DNA from: Azolla caroliniana
Taxonomy: Eukaryota > Plantae > Polypodiophyta
Length of the DNA stretch: 64,000 nt
Direction of reading: 5' to 3'
Assembly (NCBI GenBank): GCA_043228905.1
Contig: JBHGNT010000010.1
Span: 17,732,001 to 17,796,000 of the forward strand
Made by a program: the position numbers and the translations under genes. Shown in pieces: positions 26,501 through 39,729 of the stretch. Numbering within the stretch: position 1 is the stretch's first letter; each line of letters opens with the position of its first letter. Below the pieces are notes generated by a model. The model was not told where the DNA came from. It saw only the letters and a list, made by a program, of their open reading frames with translations, and searched no databases.

Positions 26501-29500
26501 CTAAAGTGGATGCTATCCCTCACACAAGGGGCATTTGGGATATGTTTTTTTACTCTCTATGTGTTTTATATGATATTGTAATCTATATAGTGAGTGCAAC
26601 ATCAAATAAACTCATAGCTCAAGACTAGAACCAACAATGTAATGCTACAAAGTAAAAACTTTATTTTTTACAATACTAGTTTGTTCAAAGCAACATATAA
26701 AGGAATCTCAAAGTTTTTGGGATAGAATTTTTACATTATTCATCATGCTACTTAAGTTTCTTTAGTATGAAGTGTCATATATTCGGGATTCATTTGTGCT
26801 ACATGTTACGAAAATCACAACCAATTAGACTAAATTCTTTTGGATATATCCATCATATATAGCTTGATCAAGCCATATATCCAAAAGAAATGAAGGTGAT
26901 TAAACCACGTCCATATAAATAATAATTGTTTGAATATATACATATATAAAGGTCTTGATTATGCAATATATATTATAAACCATGAGATGTAGAATGCCCC
27001 TTCATGACCTTATTTTGGTTTGCAATGATAAATGTGCCACATTTTTGTGGATAGTTTATGAACCATAAGTTTCATCAAAATTTATGCATTGTTTTACAAA
27101 AAGAGAGAGAAATTTGCCGCTTTAATATCTTCACATATCTCAACAACGGAAGTTTATTGTGGACTCCGGTAAAACAAAAAATGGTCCTCTTTATTATGAA
27201 TTCAAATGTTCAATTGATGGGTTTTTATATAAAGTATGTATAAGATATCTACTTTGGAACGTCACATCATAAAATTTAATCCTCACAATTACATGTTCCC
27301 AAAGACGTACGTCTCAATAGTATAGGGCAATATTTCATAATAGGAAATAGTTGTCAAATCCAATCTACACTTCTTCCTGTAGTAACAAATGTATGTCACA
27401 TTTGGCATTGATGTGCAATGTTGGTTTGGTGATGAATTACAAAAGAGAGTGCGAGTCATGACTATAATTGTGGTAGCATTCAATTTTAAAACACAAACAT
27501 ATAAATATATGGAATATAAGGTTCATCCAGATGCATTTACTTGTGTGATATCGTTTCATTCGAATAGGTACATGAGACCATATGTACAATGGACCAGAAA
27601 TGGCTCATAAGATGGTTGCTAAAGTAAGAAACATCCTTGTATAATGTGCTCAAGTGGGTACATGCACATGCACAAACATGCATGTGACATGTACCATGTA
27701 TACTAGGTGTGTCCAGTCTTTCATCCTATGTATAAATGCATCTAAAACATATAGTACCTCTTATGTACACCCATGTCTCACTTGTAAAAAGACTTTTTCA
27801 TAGGGGTCAAACTATCCCTTCCAAAACATTGGCCTCTTTTATATGTTGTTCACTACAACCTTAAGGTTAAAACAACATGTACTTGCATCAACCCATGGAT
27901 GTATTGGAAGACCTTATATCATGCTCATACATGACATTGGCACAAGGATAAACTTTAAAATGATGAAACCAACACGAGCTCTAATTGGCAATTAAAAACT
28001 TCTAAAATTATTTGGTAATTTGATTATTGATATAGAACGACGTATTATGCGGGTAGAAACATGCATTATCAAAAGAAATGAAACACAACATAAGATAATA
28101 GCAAGTCTAAGGAAAGATGCAAAGAGAACTTAAAACTTTGTTCTCGACGTGCCTACGAATAGATGGCTTTCCCCATCAATGTGCTTTGGCAAGCTTATTT
28201 GGTACCAAGGACAAAAAAAGCTAGACAATGACTATAATGTTATTCAAGGATTGGAGAAACATGTTTTATATAGGCGAGAAACATAATCTAAGCTTTGTGG
28301 GATGAAGTTGGGCATGAATTTTCAACTATGATACAACCATATCTAGATCCATCAGTGTCGCCTCATAACAATCGCAGTCTACAAACAATCAAATAAGTTA
28401 AATGGGGTGTCCAATATCTAATGATGTTCATTGTGGCGCCTCCTCATATTGTGGCCCTTTCAAAGTTGGGCATAACTTATATGATGCTAAATTACCTCAA
28501 GGTGAGATTTTGAGGTAACTCTACCCATTGTTGCACCAACAATTTATGGTCTCTTTATGATATTGATTTATCATGATATCTTCAATATGTTGAGAATATG
28601 TTAAGAATCAAAGATATATTATGGCCATTTGGAAGGCAATCATGATAGAATGGACGTTTTGATGAAACACTGACTTCTTTTTACATGCTGGAGATTGTTT
28701 TCACCTTTATATGTGGTCTCCTAGCTTGCCGTAGCAAAGGTTATATTTGGTCTTGTCTTTCATAATATATACTTGTGGAGATGAAACAATATTATATATT
28801 ATTTGTATATTGCCTCTGGTCTTTTATTAATACCAATGGAGCATATGTTTTATGGGAAAAAAAATAAAAATCAAAGATATATTGTGACATTTAGACTATG
28901 GATAGCTCTCATGCTTGGATTTATTTATCAACAAATGCACGGGGAACAAACAAATCATCGAAAGTTTGTAAAAAGTTGATGGGATTAGAAGATTATAATT
29001 AGCTATGCATACACACAATGACAATATATTTTTGTTTTGGGTTCAATGTTTTTAATCTTTTCACCAGTGAAATATGTGTGTGCTTGGATGCCAACATGGT
29101 CAACAATGATTGTGACCAATGGATATAGCGGAAAGGATATAAAAACATAAAGTGTGTTTTAGGACACCAACAAGGTTCCCAAGTATTCTTGTGCATTTGT
29201 GCATTTCCAACACTTAATTTCAAGATCAAGTGCCGTGAATAGTTAATGACCAGTTGTAAGTGCACTATTAGTATATGGTTAAATATATTCAACATTGCAA
29301 TAATCACATATTGACCACTCTCACATAGTCTATCATACAAGTAATATCACAATGCATATTTTCATGCACTTAGATTAACTGCCACAAATAGTTAATTATT
29401 GTCAATGATTATATAAGTTGCAAAATTTGATACGACTATAATACCGACTCACAAAGGCTTGTACAATGGGTCCTAGAAATACCCAAATGTCAAAGGTAGT

Positions 29501-30893
29501 AGCATTCCTACGAGCATCAAAATGCATACAATCTTTGGACATCCATGCACGTGGATAATATATGTTCACATTTATTAATTCTTCCCATTAATATATGCTA
29601 TCATATGTTGAGTGAAACAAAAAAAGCTGTCCATGTGGATCACTAAATTTGGGATGATTAGGGTGGGTATAACACATGATTGTGAAACCTCTTTGAAGCT
29701 ATCCAAAAGTACCCATGTAACATATACCATATGTTCACGTGTGAGCACTACAATGCATATGCCCATGCATCCACCTTATAGTATATAAATTATCATGAAG
29801 CCTTAGAGAAGCCATATCCACAATAGGTACCCATGTGTCATAGTACTATTTATGATACTCCCCCTTGCATCCAACATCGTATACATGATCTAGAAGTCAT
29901 TTCAAAGTTCCCTTATAACATCCTATGTGTATGACATGAGCATCCTTACGCAATGAACTCTTTAAGTATAATTCGAGCAACATAATGTGTTGACTTTCAT
30001 TCATTTAGACCAATAGAGTATGGGAACACAAACGACTAATGTGGACTAGGTAGTGAGTGAGACAAAATGCACTATGTAATAGGGCATGTACATGCACAAA
30101 GACATCCATTGAGACTCTTGTAATTGTCCACCCCACAATATTACCCATGGGTAAATGTTGATCGACCAGTGTACTATTGTGCAACAATGAGTCACACACA
30201 ATATTACCTAAATGTACTATATGTTTGCCAAATGATATAGGAAAATATTGAGCTAAGAATCTACCCCATGACACTAGACCATATGAGGCATGTAACTTGA
30301 ATGAATATTATAAGGGTATTGTGCATTCATGAGGGAGACCCTAAGGACTTACATAAGTATGAGGAAATATGGAGGTGTGATTAAAAAGGTTAATTATTAA
30401 AATGGGTAGGGTGGGTACAATACCTATGGATGGTCACATGAGGACAGGCACACCAAGAAATGAAAAAGGGATATTTGGCACCAACTTCCAAGGTCAGCCT
30501 GGAGGGGGAGAGAGAAGATAATGCTCTATTTGTTTATCTTTGCCGTTAAATTTAGTAACAAGGTGGAGACAAATTTGTCAGTACCACTACCATTTGACTT
30601 ACCACTATGTTTCTTGCTTTTGTGTCCGTGATAAACATATCAATAACACACACACACATTGATGAGAAATATACATAGGTTTTGATGTAACTCCTTATAA
30701 GTTTAGTCGTACTAGAAGCACCCCCGATTTTCCTCTCCTTGTCTCCACTTGCTTACCCTCCTAGTAAAATTGCATCCTCTTAATTTAAAAGGTTTCTCTA
30801 TCATGTCATATCATCCTTGCTTTCTATTGAAGGCAACTCACTACATACATAAGCGGGACTTATTATTCTAATAGCTTGAAAACCACGTGTGAG

Positions 30894-30895
<2 letters not shown>

Positions 30896-30942
<47 letters not shown>
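30896..30942. repeat. (GA)n microsatellite, ~23 units
   Basis: Directly visible. Confidence 0.95.
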
Positions 30943-30945
<3 letters not shown>

Positions 30946-33399
30946 TAAACCTTAGAGAGGCTTAGAGACATTAGTGGCATTGTCTTTGTCACCCTACTTA
31001 TTATAGACACATTCATTCACTTCGTTGTGGCTCATGATGTCAATCAACATTATCAAAACTTATGGTAAATGTTATGATCCCTTTTACACCTAATTCCTTA
31101 CCTTCCTTGGGGCCCATTGTGCTAGGTTGCGTAATGTCTACCAAACTAGATCTTCTCACCATTGATCACAACTCTTTCCAATTAATGTGCCATGTTCACC
31201 ACTAGTCCATAGTTTTAATTAAGAAGTAATATTAGTTGGCTATTGTATTCTAATTTTCCAATCCCAAAATACTTACTCAATAACCACTTTAAAATTACAC
31301 AATATATCATTTCCAACTAAGAGTCTTGTGTAAATGTCCTTTACCATGAAAATCCAACCTCAAAATATTGTTATGTTTTGTACTTTTTGGGGGTTTGTTT
31401 TACCCACATAATCTATGGAAATAGATTCCATTCTTTGAGCCCAGTGAAGTTTCTTTGTGGTATAACCACTTATGTACAATGTGCAAATCTACGTATTTGG
31501 TTTAAAGTAAGGATTAAATTAGCGCGAGGACAAAATCTTAGAGGATCATCGAAAGAGCTTTGAAAATAGGACATTCTCTTATATTATAAGGTTAATGGCA
31601 ATGCAAGAGCTTTCATAAAAACATTATGTGGGATTTTACTCAATCACTCTTCATGGAAAGCTCCCTGGATATACTTGTTAAAGGCCTATTAAAACCAAAA
31701 CCATTTGAAGACCTACAATATCATCATTAATACAATTGAGAGCATAGGCACCATACCCTTGAACTTCGTTAATGAAATTCAATCATAGTGTAGCAAGTCC
31801 TAAACATGAGATTAGAATGCCTCAAAATCTCAACATAGTAAAATCTTTACTAGTTCTCTCTCCCAAAATCAAAGTTCACTTTGCTCTAGTTTAGTGTCTT
31901 TGGACAATGGGCATGCAACCATAGTATACAAAGAGACAAGTCTCATGTTTATGTAGCATTGAGCTTATATATTGTATTACACTCATAAGAAAACAAAAGA
32001 TTAGCTCTATGTGCATGTTTATCATGGTGGGATGTCGCATATAGAGGAAATGTAGGAGATTTGCGGAGAAAGGAGTTAGATAATTGGAATATACAAAAGA
32101 AACAAGACACTAACAAGAATTTTAAGATGTGATAGAATATAACTAAATATTTTGATGGGTGTTTCAAAAGATCACAAGCCTAAGATTTAATTATAGCAAT
32201 TAGACTATGGGAAGTGATGAGCGCACACCACACCTTGGCCATCCAAATCTAGCCAAAGATTCCTCTATGTAATCGCATGGAAAGGTTTGCCTTGGTATCC
32301 AACATGATCACAAGATAAGACAACAATGTGACCATTCCCAAGTGGGTGAAATATATATAAAATGGATGGAACCCCCCCCCCCCCCCCCCCCCCCATTGTC
32401 TCCTTGTGTCGATAATGTATAGAAAAAGAATTCATTGAATCAAAGTTAGTTCAATCAAGGGCCATATTAGAATTGAGTTATGTCAATGTCATGAGTATGG
32501 GGAATCCAAATATGGCCTATGTTATCTCGATTAAGTAATAAAATTTTTTAAGGGCTTAAAATGACATGTATATTAAGTATCAATAGACGAGAAGGTTTAG
32601 CTTAGCTCATCATCGCACCTAGGATCTTTTTTATTATTCAAGAAATTGTATCAAATATTGTTAAGTCTATATTAATGCTCCATGAGTTTGAATGATATTT
32701 TCAAATTTAAGAAAACTCCATAATATTATCGTATCATATGCTAAAAAGTGGATGCAACAAGGGTTGTGGTCAACAAGACAGTTGTAGATGTTTCTCTCCA
32801 CCAAAAGAGGAGAGGGAACACCGGGGGGAAAGGGTTGAGGAACTCAATAGCATGATGGCGTATTAAAATAATGCACCTTTCTTTCCTTCTTTTTGTTTGT
32901 CTAGAAAAGTATCGGGAAAAAGGTGGAGTATGTGACCTATTTGTATTAAAAAAAGGAGAAGTATTTTCATAATACATGTAACCTTTAGGGGTGGCAATGT
33001 GTGTGTGTGTGTGTATTATAAAGTAATGAGTGAGCAGCGTGTGAGCATAAATGTATGTATAAAAGAGAGGAGATAGAAAGTCTTTGTTACTTCTAGATTA
33101 TCCCACATCTGTAGTTAAAGTCTTGCAATGTTGATGGTCTCCTAGTCTCTCCCCCTCCCCCTTCCCCCCCCCCAAAAACATTTAGCCACATCTTGCTTTG
33201 CCCAATCATAACATCTTTAGTCCACACAATCATACATATAATGACTACAAGGTACCCATAAAGAGTGATGGAGAGATTCATTCAATATACTCATGTAATT
33301 AGACTTGGTAGAATATACCATATGCCGGTTTGAGCTTCATTTTGCCTTATGATTTTGATTTCATTCTCTTAAATTGATCATATACTTAGCAACCAAACA

Positions 33400-35983
33400 A
33401 TGTTGAAGTCCAACTTGGTCAAGCTCAATCATTATAATTCAAGTAATAGTTGTACTGGTGGTGGCCTATCTAAACAATTCAACAATTTGAGCACATCGGC
33501 TCATCGACATCATGATGACTCCACACTTACAATGCAACAAGCCGCCTTGTGGCCCCAAGATGGACTATTGCGTAAGTGGCCACCTTAATGTCAATTCAAT
33601 ATAGAATAAATATTTAACCAGTAATTACAACCAACTACAATTATAGGAAGTTTATCAAACTTCATGGACAACCATATAATTTCATGAACTTTTGTTTGAA
33701 ATCAAATCTATTGTGACTAGCTAGGGATAGATAGACTAGATGGTTGTAGTTATGTTGGTAACAACAAGGTTGTTTGCCAAAGATAGGAAGGTCGTGCACT
33801 CAAACCCCACACATTATGTAGTGGCATCTAGTAAACAATTGAACATATTGTGAATCAAATAGAGGTGCACAGGTTAGTGAAAACCTGGCTCAATGCTAAT
33901 GAGAAATCAAAACATTTAATGACTGTAAATAAGAAGTTACTAATAAGATATGGGGACTATCCCCTTGGAAATGTATATAGTAATACGAAGACTTAACTAT
34001 ACTAACTATTACTCAATTTGGTTTATGAACACAATCCTTCCAATTAGCCTATGGTTCATATGTAAATAGGTTTGAGCACTAGGCACCTGTCTTCCTCATT
34101 AGAAGCTAATGTTGTGCCAATGGCTGAAAATCCCACTAACCATTGGAAAATTTTCAAAATGAGAATGATGTATATTATACTTAACATTTATTATATAGAG
34201 AATATTCATGAAAGAAAGGTATAAGGTAGTTTGAATGATGAATACTTCACTAGTACATATTGCTCACCAATCCAATAGGATTAATAGGGTGCATTCTAGT
34301 CAATGAGATCCAAGAAAATCCACATACTAAGGAACGCCTAACATATTTTATTCAACATTATCCAGATTCGTCCTCATATGAAATCAATCTTTTCATTCAA
34401 TGTGACCATTGTATTCAATCCTTAATAATCCGTAAAACTTCAACGCATGACATGATTCTTGGCATAATCTAACAAGTAGGTATATAAATATCTCTCTCTA
34501 ATTAGTTTCAAACGAAAGACAAAAAATAAAATAAAATGCAAAGAAGAGCCAACAAAATAATGCATGGCAATGTGGGGTGGTTTTGCACCTAATGTGGTCA
34601 TTCTAGATTTTAAATGAGTACTCTCAAACAAATAGGATGTCAAGTTTTGAATATAATGAATGCTAATATATCTTTTGTTTTCCTCTAATCACTAGTTTCT
34701 CTAGAGGCCTATGCTACGACATTAAGATTGGGCAATGCATCACATTTTGACCATTGCTTGTATCCTTACATATATTAGTGGGGGATTGACATGAGTAGAT
34801 GTAGTGATAAGCCTTCATGAGCACATGATATCTTACCAATGATCAAATGCATTATTACATGGTATAACATGGGAGTAGAAGGTTCACATATACCAATCAT
34901 CATGTTGCACGCATGTCGACATGCTTAAACAAAAATGACAATTGAAACACATGATATAGTAAAATATCATCTAGGATTAACAATTAGTAGAGATCATAAG
35001 TCACCCCAATTGACCATATAAGGTATACTAGAGGGAGGGAGGGTTCACATATAATAGTGGTGGTTATAACTAGTGCCTTGAAACACATGTGGTAATGTGG
35101 ACCATTTACTCACATACATTAACCATGTGCATGTGATTATATATATAGTGATATTACATAACAAATTTATAAGATCCCAATACGCATGATACGTTCAAGC
35201 GATGAAGATTAATAGATCGGCACGACATTGGTGTGTTATTATAAAATTATGCACATGATATTTGTTGTCAATAATGCACCACGATGTGGCGACGTAGAGG
35301 GTCTACTACGTATATAGACATCAAACATCGATGAGGGATCGTTTCATAAATGTGCGCATTAAAACATTACATTTGTTCGATATATGCATGTGGCCATTTG
35401 TGACAAAAATGTCAAGATCAATATTGCTTGTCCATGGATGATTGACAACTTGTTAATGTGATAGATATTGCTTGTTAACGTGATTGATATTATCGCTTGT
35501 CCATGGATTATCGACAATTTGTTAATGTGATAGATATTGCTTGGTAATGCAATCCATATTGTTGCTTGTCCATGGATGGATCGACAACTTGGTAGTGCGA
35601 TCGATATTGTTGCTTGTCCATGGATGGATTGACAACTTGCTAATGTGATCGATATTGTTGCTTGTCCAAGGATGGATCGATAACTTGCTAATGTGATCGA
35701 TATTGTTTCTTTTCCATGGATGGATCACCAACATGTTAATGCGATCCATATTGTTGCTTGCCCATGGATAGATCGACAACTTGTTAATGTGGATCGACAC
35801 ACAACTTGCTAAGGTGGATCGACAATTTGTGAATGCAGGCGATATCGATGGCGGGGAGGAGGCATTAGCAAGTGGGATGGCCCCGGACAAGGCTAGCCAT
35901 GACGACAATGTAGCCGTAGTGCGAGATGAGGCGGGAGGAGGAGGAGGAGGCCGTAATACCGTGGTATTGGGGACACCATCAAT

Positions 35984-36019
<36 letters not shown>

Positions 36020-37212
36020 TTCAATATCAATGGGGGGTGGTGCGTGCACGCCTCGGCCTCGGTGGTGCCCGACGGCCGAGCAGATCCAGGTGCTCGAGGC
36101 GCTCTTCAATTCGGGCACGACGACGCCGACACGAGACATGATCGTGGAGATCGCGGCGTGCCTCAAGCAGTTCGGGAGCATCGTGGAGGCCAATGTCTTC
36201 TACTGGTTCCAGAACCGCAAGGCTCGTGCCAAGCGCAAGCTCCGAATGCAGCAAGCCGCCTCCGCCTCCGCACTATCCCATAATAATCATAATCATCATC
36301 ATAATAATAATCATCATCATAATAATAATCATAATCACAATCATAATCATCATCATAATCATAATCATAATCATAATAATAATAATAATTCCTCCTCCTC
36401 CTCCTCCTCCATTCTGATGCCCAAATTATTTACACCCACCCAATTATATGCTTATAATTCTTCACCCCCTCCTCATCCTCCTTCTTCTTCATCTTCTCCT
36501 TCTTCCTCTTCTTCCTCTTCTTCTAGCCTTCATGCTCCTAATGATTTAAATCATGCCCTTCATGATAATGATGACCCTCCTCACCCTCATCATCTTTATA
36601 ACAATGTTGCTACTAATCACACTGCTTATGATCATCATCATCATCCTGATCTTTTCAATAATCACACCGTGATGAACACGATTAGTGCAGGTATCATTGC
36701 AGATCACCATCCATCTTTCATTCATTCATTCATTCATGGGCCGCATGTGGAAGAACAACAAACACATTAGTTAGTTTGTGGCCATTCTCATTCATTGCCC
36801 ATTATACATTCCTTGTTTAATTAATACATATATAGCTCAGTTACTTCGCTGATCAAGGATAAATATTGTTTTTCCATTCTACTTACTTAAAATTGCTGAA
36901 ACAATTGGATGAGATATATATATATATTCTTTAAATCCTTTTTAATAATCTGGCCAGGTACAAACGGGTCTAATGATCTCCAGATGAAATATCCGGCCGC
37001 ATGCATGAGCACCCAATTTTATTCGATGGCGGCTGCCGATGGTGACGATATGCACATGATCATGCATGTAATAGAATTATAAGTAACCAGGAGTTTCAAA
37101 ATCAATGAATAATGAAATAATCATCATCAGCTTCTTAATCTCTATTCATAATTAATGCATATTATATAACAAATACAAGCATAAAACCATAACCCAGCTG
37201 TTAAAATTTTAG

Positions 37213-37243
<31 letters not shown>

Positions 37244-37380
37244 CTGTGTGTCTGTAGTTTGTTAATGTTATGTAGTTGAAATACTGATCCTTAATATAGA
37301 ATCTCCTTATAATTTGGTCCTATAGGTGCCGGCCACAACTTTTGCGATAGAATTATAAGTAACCAGGAGCTTCAAATCAA

Positions 37381-37421
<41 letters not shown>

Positions 37422-37543
37422 CAGCATTAGCTTCTTAATCTCAATTCTAACAAGTAATGATTAATGCATAATAATATAACAAGTAACGACTAATGCATAT
37501 TATTAGAAGACAACAAGCATAAAAGCATAACCCAGCTCCTAAA

Positions 37544-37587
<44 letters not shown>

Positions 37588-38010
37588 CTTGTTAATGTCA
37601 AATAGTTCAAATTTTACTGATCCATAACTTGGTGGCACTATTATTATTAGGTTCCGGCCACAACTTCTTCTTCGAGCATGTCATCGACAATGTCGCCATC
37701 CATGATGATGATGATGATGCCTACATGCACGTGGGCCGCGTGCGAACCAACCCCGACCCGAACCCAAACCCGGACACTTGCGGCCGCCAGTACCACCGGG
37801 CCGCCCGCTTGTACCACGTCTCGTGATTCTTCCAGGGGCCCAACGGCATTGTCCGCTTATACATCATCAGCTACACCATCTGCATTTTTATGTCCGGGAC
37901 CGGGAGCAGCCAGCCTAATGCCAACTGACCCATACTCCGGCCAATGTCCGGCCGTCAACTTGCCTTTGTGGGAAGCCGTCGCACCCTACACCATCATCGA
38001 CAATAACTAG
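33400..38010 (+). CDS. WOX: WUSCHEL-related homeobox transcription factor, intermediate (WOX8/9/11/12-like) clade
   Basis: Homeodomain PRPRWCPTAEQIQVLEALFNSGTTTPTRDMIVEIAACLKQFGSIVEANVFYWFQNRKARAKRK at ~36051-36240; NVFYWFQNR marks the intermediate clade. The main exon is 35839-36690 (TGCAG acceptor, GTATC donor). A probable upstream exon 33400-33571 has a GTAAGT donor in matching phase 1. Probable downstream exons start at 36958 and 37651. The outer exon boundaries and final reading frame are uncertain. Confidence 0.85.
35415..35830. repeat. 48-bp minisatellite array at the 3' end of predicted WOX intron 1
   Basis: Unit GATATTGTTGCTTGTCCATGGATGGATCGACAACTTGCTAATGTGATC, about 7 full and several partial copies. 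The reverse ORF shows a 16-aa periodicity (NNIDHISKLSIHPWTS). Confidence 0.92.
37069..37670. repeat. Tandem duplication of a WOX intron segment including its splice acceptor
   Basis: atagaattataagtaaccaggag..tcaatgaataat..agcttcttaatctc..acaagcataaaa..ataacccagct..(TA)n..tactgatcc..tAGGT(G/T)CCGGCCACAACTT occurs at ~37069-37342 and ~37347-37667. Confidence 0.85.
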
Positions 38011-38079
38011 CTCCTCGTACCGAAGCTGGACATTGGTGTCCAAGTTCATATTTATAACATCAGTTTAAATCCATGTTGG

Positions 38080-38103
38080 CCCTAAACCCTAAACCCTAAA
38101 CCC
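38080..38103 (+). repeat. Interstitial plant telomeric repeat (CCCTAAA)3
   Basis: ccctaaaccctaaaccctaaaccc, ~70 bp after the predicted WOX stop. Confidence 0.85.
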
Positions 38104-39729
38104 CATGGAGGAAGAACTTATATATATATATACATTGGTTTTTAAAACACTTTCATGAGTTAGCCCACATTACCTTATTGAGTCTCTACTAGTTAAGCAG
38201 TCATTGGCTATTCATACCTTATTGATCCTGCAAATTACTTCTCAAATCTAATCGCGAGAATGCATCTTCGTGTTTTGAGCCATCATCATGCTAAGCTAAT
38301 TAGTTTGCCTGAGTGCAAATTTTGGGACTTATCCCCCCACAATACTTACATCCTAGAGCGACAGGAGAGGGACAAAGGCAATGCCGATTTGTAGTCGTGA
38401 TCTGCAGTTCTCATAGTTGCAATGTCATAATGCAATTTATCATGACAATTTGTGGATGTGAACTCCCATAATTAACTTTATATCTGTGGGTGGAGGAGGA
38501 GGAGGAGGAGGAGGAAAAGAGATTAATTTTACACAGTGATTACTACTATAAATGTTGTCTATATAACCTTTATGTTGAACTTTAAAAAGATCACATGTTT
38601 TGTGTCATTCAAGATCAATCTTTACGGTATATGTTTAGTGAAGGAGATCATGAGATGGCTCTAATATTAGCGACATGAGGCCATGAATAGCATATTTTCA
38701 AGAGTTTAATCAATATCCATGCAAACGATTTAGATGAATAGCATATATTTTACTATTGCCCTCTCTCTTAAGGTCACTATGACATATGAGATCCACACAA
38801 AAATAATTTAGATACTACAAAGATAAAATAAGTTTAAGCGTTTCCATAACGTGTTTAATGATACAAGGAGAAGACCATATTTAAATCTATGTATAAATGT
38901 ATGTACATATATATACATGTATGTCTATCAAGAAGACAATATGTATTAAGACAATTTATGAATATAGTGAATAAAATGTATTAGAATTTCTTTCTTAGGT
39001 GTTCCAAAGCATGTACCGATACCTATATATTTATAGTTGATTTTCACGGTTTATGAAAGCAAGGGAGGAAGCATCACAACTAACTCTGAACGACTACAAA
39101 AGCGCTCTTCATTTTTAAAGATTTTTGTCAACCATCAATAGTAATGGTTGAAAGCCATGGGGATTTGGGTGCTTTTCCCATTCTATTATTAACATTAATG
39201 TTTATTCATCTAATCACTGTGATACATCCTTGAAGAATGATAGTTTTGTCGTTGCCATTTACACCACCAAATATGAAACAACTAAGTTTGTGACTTCCAA
39301 TACATAAATTTGTCTTCAATCTTTTGGGCCATTGGATGAGACCCGTTTGACCTCTCCAAACAAATAGTATAATAACCCAAATGCATGTACATGAAACTAG
39401 AACAAATGGGATAATAACCCAAATGCATGTACATGAAACTAGAACTTATTTCTGCACACTAATCTTCAAACGTGAGGCTACTCAAATAGATCCCACACTT
39501 TCATATTTTTAACAATGTTATCATGCATAGCACCTAAGAACATGATATGGTCATTTGTAATTCTTGCACAATACAAGTATTTGCTAATGGTAGCAAAAGT
39601 CCTACCACATATACCCCTTGTCGCATTATGTAACATTGTTAAAATGGGATGTATTACAATTGCAAACGAGAAGGTATTGCACAAACATATTTATCAAATG
39701 GATTTCTGAGATGGAGTGGGTAGGGTAGT

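Noticed and set aside
23600-30800. Many short ORFs in the AT-rich region between the LINE and the WOX locus
   Set aside because: No recognisable motifs or consistent splice chain. Probably old TE debris, left unannotated.
32372-32394. Poly-C tract (~23 nt) upstream of WOX
   Set aside because: Homopolymers are frequent in this window and their length is error-prone, with no supporting context.
35415-35830. 48-bp array (and the 17-bp array at 51281-51542) as a CRISPR array
   Set aside because: Units are head-to-tail without unique spacers, there are no cas genes, and the context is a eukaryotic intron.
35522-36417. Alternative-frame and antisense ORFs with poly-D, poly-I and poly-H
   Set aside because: Shadows of the WOX exon microsatellites and the 48-bp array.
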